Shown: positions 60,659 to 64,000 of the stretch, piece after piece | Position numbering within the stretch: the first letter of the stretch is position 1 | Layout: the number at the start of each line of letters is the position of its first letter | DNA from: a virus | Reading direction: 5' to 3' (one strand) | IMG/VR virus record: IMGVR_UViG_3300020048_000056 | Coordinates: 41,798-105,797 of that record | DNA length: 64,000 nucleotides | Program-made: the position numbers and the translations under genes | Notes under the pieces: model-generated | Database searches by the model: none | The model's input: only the letters and a program-made list of their open reading frames with translations | What the model was told of the DNA's origin: nothing

Positions 60659-60812
60659 GTCAGGTATTTTAAGTCAAACACTGGGCGCTACATTACAAAG
60701 ACAGTCAAAGTTATTTCAAAATTATGAAACTGAAATAGCAAACCTTACAGTAGAAATCTTTAGGCTTAATGAGCAAGTTAAAGCATTAAGTGCTGAAGAT
60801 ACTGCTGAGTAA
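60651..60812 (+). CDS. Small coiled-coil protein (not in the ORF track)
   Basis: GGAG SD; MDESGILSQTLGATLQRQSKLFQNYETEIANLTVEIFRLNEQVKALSAEDTAE*. Confidence 0.6.
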   Translation: MDESGILSQTLGATLQRQSKLFQNYETEIANLTVEIFRLNEQVKALSAEDTAE

Positions 60813-60833
60813 TAAGTCATGATAGAATGAAGT

Positions 60834-61223
60834 ATGGCAGTTATTGTAGACATTGATGGGACATTACTTGCTTATGGGAATAAGCCAATTAAAAGAGTCA
60901 TCGATCATGTAAATTCCTTAGGAACAGTATACATCGTTACTGCTCGTCCAGAATCAAGACGGGCTGATACGGTAAGATCTCTGAGGGATGCAGGCATAAA
61001 ATACAATAGATTGTTAATGAATTCTGTTGGACCAACACATAAAGATGGTGTTGAGTCAAAGCGTCGTCACGCTAAAGATTTAAGTGGAGTTACAGAAGCA
61101 ATTGATAATGATGCAGACGTTCGTAGGATGTATCAGCAGGAAGGGATCAAAGCGACAAATCCTTCCTCAATTGGAAAGTCAATTTGGCAGGGGGCATTTA
61201 TTAAAAATGTCACCAGACCTTAA
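60834..61223 (+). CDS. HAD-family phosphatase (PNK 3'-phosphatase-like) with C-terminal SIWQGAF motif
   Basis: DIDGT, VTARP, K, IDND HAD motifs I-IV. Confidence 0.82.
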   Translation: MAVIVDIDGTLLAYGNKPIKRVIDHVNSLGTVYIVTARPESRRADTVRSLRDAGIKYNRLLMNSVGPTHKDGVESKRRHAKDLSGVTEAIDNDADVRRMYQQEGIKATNPSSIGKSIWQGAFIKNVTRP

Positions 61224-61362
61224 TGATGATAGTGATACATATGTTTGCATTACTCATCAATGCATTGCTCCATGTCCTAGCGATGGACATCATTTAATTT
61301 CAAACTGGAATACTGATGTTAAAAAGATTTTAAGTTTAATGAATAAAAATAAAACTATTTAA
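61207..61362 (+). CDS. Small Cys/His protein
   Basis: MSPDLNDDSDTYVCITHQCIAPCPSDGHH... Confidence 0.5.
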   Translation: MSPDLNDDSDTYVCITHQCIAPCPSDGHHLISNWNTDVKKILSLMNKNKTI

Positions 61363-61378
61363 TAAGAGGAGATATACA

Positions 61379-62086
61379 ATGACTTGGAAACCAGTAGCAG
61401 GAATCCCCACGATGACAGATCAGGTAAATAAACGTTGGCCTAAGAGAGACAAGGCTACAGATGGGGTTGTGGGAGATTCTAATCACGCAGCCAGAATCAG
61501 CGATCATAATCCAGATAGTAAAGGATTAGTCCATGCCCAAGATTTAGACAAGGATCTTAAGGGATCAAAGAATGATATGAGATGGTTTGCTGATCAACTA
61601 ATTGCCTATGCTCGTGGTAATGTTGGAGGCTCAGCAAGATTTAAGAACATCGTCTTTGAAGATCAGGTAGCATCAGGATCATATTCTGATCATAATTGGA
61701 CTTGGCGTGATGGAAACTATGGTCACTTTGATCATATCCACATCTCTTATTCAACCAAGGGCGAGACTGATGGAATGGCGTTTAATATTCCAATCCTTTA
61801 TGGGCAGGGCAACGTATGGGATGGAACCGCTCCATTCTATGACATTGTTGCCAGTGCAGCAAAGACAGGAGCGGCTAACAAGGCTACATGGAGACTTGCT
61901 TGCAGACTCAAAGAACTAGGATTCTATGAGGGAACTGTTCTTCCAGAGGGCAAGCAAGGATATCCAAAGAATGCTATCCGTACAATGCAAGACTGGATGG
62001 GGTGGACTCGTAGAGACTATGACGTTGTTACCCATAAGTCTATCTGGAAAGAGTTTGCAATCTCTCATATTGACAACACAGTGTGA
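61379..62086 (+). CDS. Endolysin-like Zn peptidase (M15-type)
   Basis: WP.R....DG..GD..H...SDHNP, A.DL, H.DHIHIS; C-terminal putative cell-wall-binding region. Confidence 0.72.
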   Translation: MTWKPVAGIPTMTDQVNKRWPKRDKATDGVVGDSNHAARISDHNPDSKGLVHAQDLDKDLKGSKNDMRWFADQLIAYARGNVGGSARFKNIVFEDQVASGSYSDHNWTWRDGNYGHFDHIHISYSTKGETDGMAFNIPILYGQGNVWDGTAPFYDIVASAAKTGAANKATWRLACRLKELGFYEGTVLPEGKQGYPKNAIRTMQDWMGWTRRDYDVVTHKSIWKEFAISHIDNTV

Positions 62087-62166
62087 TCAGCATCATAGAG
62101 TAATTGCCTAGTATTTAGTCAAAGAACTGATAAGATTAGATGTACCAACCAAAAGGAGGAATATCT

Positions 62167-62319
62167 ATGACTACAATCGGAAAGATATTCTCTAATCTAT
62201 TCCAAACCGTCACGAGCGATACGGATAAGGTTTACAGAGAATGGGCCAAGCAACGGTCCCGAGCAATGTCACCATCAGAAGTATCAGAAATTGATGCCAT
62301 CTTTGCTAGACACTTGTAA
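62167..62319 (+). CDS. Small 50-aa protein (not in the ORF track)
   Basis: AAGGAGG SD; MTTIGKIFSNLFQTVTSDTDKVYREWAKQRSRAMSPSEVSEIDAIFARHL*. Confidence 0.7.
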   Translation: MTTIGKIFSNLFQTVTSDTDKVYREWAKQRSRAMSPSEVSEIDAIFARHL

Positions 62320-62322
62320 GTA

Positions 62323-62351
62323 TTGACAAAGCCCACCTCACAGATTATACT
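62323..62351 (+). promoter_or_regulatory. Consensus housekeeping-sigma promoter
   Basis: TTGACA-N17-TATACT. Confidence 0.75.
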
Positions 62352-62363
62352 TGTGGGGTGGGT
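62331..62363 (+). terminator. Hairpin overlapping the promoter
   Basis: GCCCACCTCACA-GATTATACT-TGTGGGGTGGGT (two G-U pairs). Confidence 0.6.
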
Positions 62364-62390
62364 TACTCATTTCTATAGTTGGGATGTAAA

Positions 62391-62891
62391 ATGCAAACAT
62401 TCGTACCGTTCAGTAATTTTGAAGATTCTGCTGCCTCATTGGACAATAAGCGACTTAATAAGCAGTTGCTTGAGGGTCGGCAGATCTACAACATCCTTGC
62501 TTCTGGGAAACGCTCTGGCGCTTGGGTCAATCATCCTGCGGTAAAGATGTGGCGCAACTACGATATGGCTCTATTTGAGTACCTTGCTGTGATGAAGGAT
62601 GAATGTATCCATCGAAAGATTAAGACTGATAATAACTGGTCAGCCATTCTTGATATTCACGAAAAGAATTGGAATCGTGGTAGCAACGTTGTTATGCCGC
62701 CTTGGTGGGATGATGAGAGGGTACATGAGTCACATCGTAATAATCTTTACATCAAAGATCCAGATCATTATGCTGAGTTTTCTACAGCCAAGCGAGTCGT
62801 ATGTTGTGAGAAGTGTAACTACTTCTGGCCTACGCATACCGTTTGGTACAACAGGGAACTAGTAGAGCCATTTCAGTACTTTAAGGTATAA
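62391..62891 (+). CDS. Pyrimidine-dimer DNA glycosylase/DenV-like (MSMEG_6728 family)
   Basis: MQTF.P...F..SA..LD.KRL.KQ..E..QI, W.NHPAV.MW, PPW.....H.SHR.NL..KDP..Y. Confidence 0.85.
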   Translation: MQTFVPFSNFEDSAASLDNKRLNKQLLEGRQIYNILASGKRSGAWVNHPAVKMWRNYDMALFEYLAVMKDECIHRKIKTDNNWSAILDIHEKNWNRGSNVVMPPWWDDERVHESHRNNLYIKDPDHYAEFSTAKRVVCCEKCNYFWPTHTVWYNRELVEPFQYFKV

Positions 62892-62898
62892 TTGCCAT

Positions 62899-63723
62899 AT
62901 GATATTTGGAAATAATGTCTTAGGACCAATGCCAACTTCTGGACCAATTAGGATTTGGGATGCAGGAGTTCAATGGTGTGATATAGAAAAACAACGTGGA
63001 GTTTGGGACTGGACCAAGTTAGATAATTTAGTAAATCAAGCAGGCTCTCGATCCATAATGATTGTTCTAGGCCATCCTCCCGCATGGGCAGCAAAGGGTG
63101 GACCAGATGGCCGTCAGGCTGCATGGATGGCAGCAGGAAGCAATAGACCTCCTATAAACATGGAGACTTGGAGGAGATATGTTCATGCCGTAGTGATGCG
63201 TTACAAGTCCAAGGTAAGACATTATCAAATCTGGAACGAGCCAGCAGATAAAAGATTTTATTCGGGTACATGGGCAGAACTAGGAACACTTACTAAGATC
63301 GCTTATACAGAGATAAAGTCAATTGATAAGAATCTTAAGGTGGTTTCTCCACCGTTGCAACCAAGGAAGCAAGCGGGGTGGTCAGTAAAGGGTAAGTCAT
63401 TGCTTAAGGCTATGAAGGATGTCAATCATCCATTTGACATCTGGGCTTGTCACATATATCCTCAGATAAGTGAAGGAGTAAGTGGATTTGAAAGAGACTT
63501 AACATTAGTTAAGAATGCCATTGCGTCAACACCAAGAAAGGCTCTTTGGATTACTGAGATGAATTATAATCTTGGGGGAGTTGGAAATCCATATGCAATT
63601 AAAGATCAAGTAACATTAAAAGCACAGACAAAGAATGTTTGCACAAGGCTTGACGTAGGTAGAGGTTATTGGTATGCTTTTAATTACAACAACCCCGCAC
63701 TAATAGCAATAAGCGTTACTTGA
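62899..63723 (+). CDS. Clan GH-A glycoside hydrolase (GH39/GH5-like)
   Basis: W..IE...G..DW..LD, QIWNEP (acid/base), H.YP, LWITE (nucleophile). Confidence 0.8.
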   Translation: MIFGNNVLGPMPTSGPIRIWDAGVQWCDIEKQRGVWDWTKLDNLVNQAGSRSIMIVLGHPPAWAAKGGPDGRQAAWMAAGSNRPPINMETWRRYVHAVVMRYKSKVRHYQIWNEPADKRFYSGTWAELGTLTKIAYTEIKSIDKNLKVVSPPLQPRKQAGWSVKGKSLLKAMKDVNHPFDIWACHIYPQISEGVSGFERDLTLVKNAIASTPRKALWITEMNYNLGGVGNPYAIKDQVTLKAQTKNVCTRLDVGRGYWYAFNYNNPALIAISVT

Positions 63724-63748
63724 CAATTAAATAGAGTATGTGTACAAT
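63720..63748 (+). promoter_or_regulatory. Promoter of the tRNA cluster
   Basis: TTGACA-N17-TACAAT. Confidence 0.78.
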
Positions 63749-63761
63749 ATAAAAGTACAAT

Positions 63762-63835
63762 GCGAATGTTGCATAATGGTAGTGCCTCAGTTTTCCAAAC
63801 TGATAGCGCGGGTCCGATTCCCGCCATTCGCTCCA
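63762..63835 (+). tRNA. tRNA-Gly (TCC), CCA encoded
   Basis: GCGAATG/CATTCGC acceptor; TCAGT-TTTCCAA-ACTGA anticodon arm. Confidence 0.9.
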
Positions 63836-63836
63836 A

Positions 63837-63908
63837 GCCTCTGTAGTTCAATGGATGAACAATTGGTTTCTACCCAATACGATGCAGGTTCGAATCCTGT
63901 CAGGGGTA
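63837..63908 (+). tRNA. tRNA-Arg (TCT)
   Basis: GCCTCTG/CAGGGGT acceptor; ATTGG-TTTCTAC-CCAAT anticodon arm; GGTTCGAATCC. Confidence 0.88.
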
Positions 63909-63921
63909 CGTAGTAAGGTAA

Positions 63922-64000
63922 GCCTGATATTCCCCAAGGTGGGGAAGGAGACTGTAAATCTCTCGCGGTATCGCATGGTAGGTTCGATTCCTACATCAGG
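63922..64000 (+). tRNA. tRNA-Tyr (GTA), truncated by the window end
   Basis: GGAGA-CTGTAAA-TCTCT anticodon arm; long variable arm; GGTTCGATTCC. Confidence 0.85.

Noticed and set aside
63837-63908. Amber-suppressor (CTA) reading of the second tRNA, or stop-codon recoding
   Set aside because: The 7-nt loop TTTCTAC centres on TCT (Arg), and genes are intact under the standard code.

Overview
The window is a 64 kb segment of an AT-rich, long-tailed (siphovirus-like) dsDNA phage, with essentially every supported gene on the + strand. The WhiB gene and many leaderless promoters point to an actinobacterial host. Gene order resembles the large Streptomyces cluster BE/BK-type phages and related freshwater actinophages (inference). 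From left to right: tail-fibre and Gly-rich cassettes; class II RNR; portal, protease/scaffold and capsid; neck and tail genes, including a -1 frameshifted chaperone and a 2630-aa tape measure; replication and recombination genes (DnaB, DnaG, SSB, DnaE, RecA, Cas4-like, RuvC); a secreted lytic transglycosylase; terminases; accessory genes (dCMP deaminase, WhiB, glycosyltransferases, methyltransferase, Dps, HAD phosphatase, endolysin, DenV-like glycosylase, glycoside hydrolase); and four tRNAs. Two signals stand out. First, a C-terminal S-[TI]-W-x-G-x-F peptide is shared by the capsid scaffold and two unrelated distant proteins, suggesting a capsid cargo-loading tag. Second, the secreted muralytic gene has a perfect CRP box upstream and a 3' hairpin whose loop can pair across its own 5' UTR and ribosome-binding site, suggesting a long-range RNA switch. 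All functional calls come from motif recognition by eye; no searches were run.
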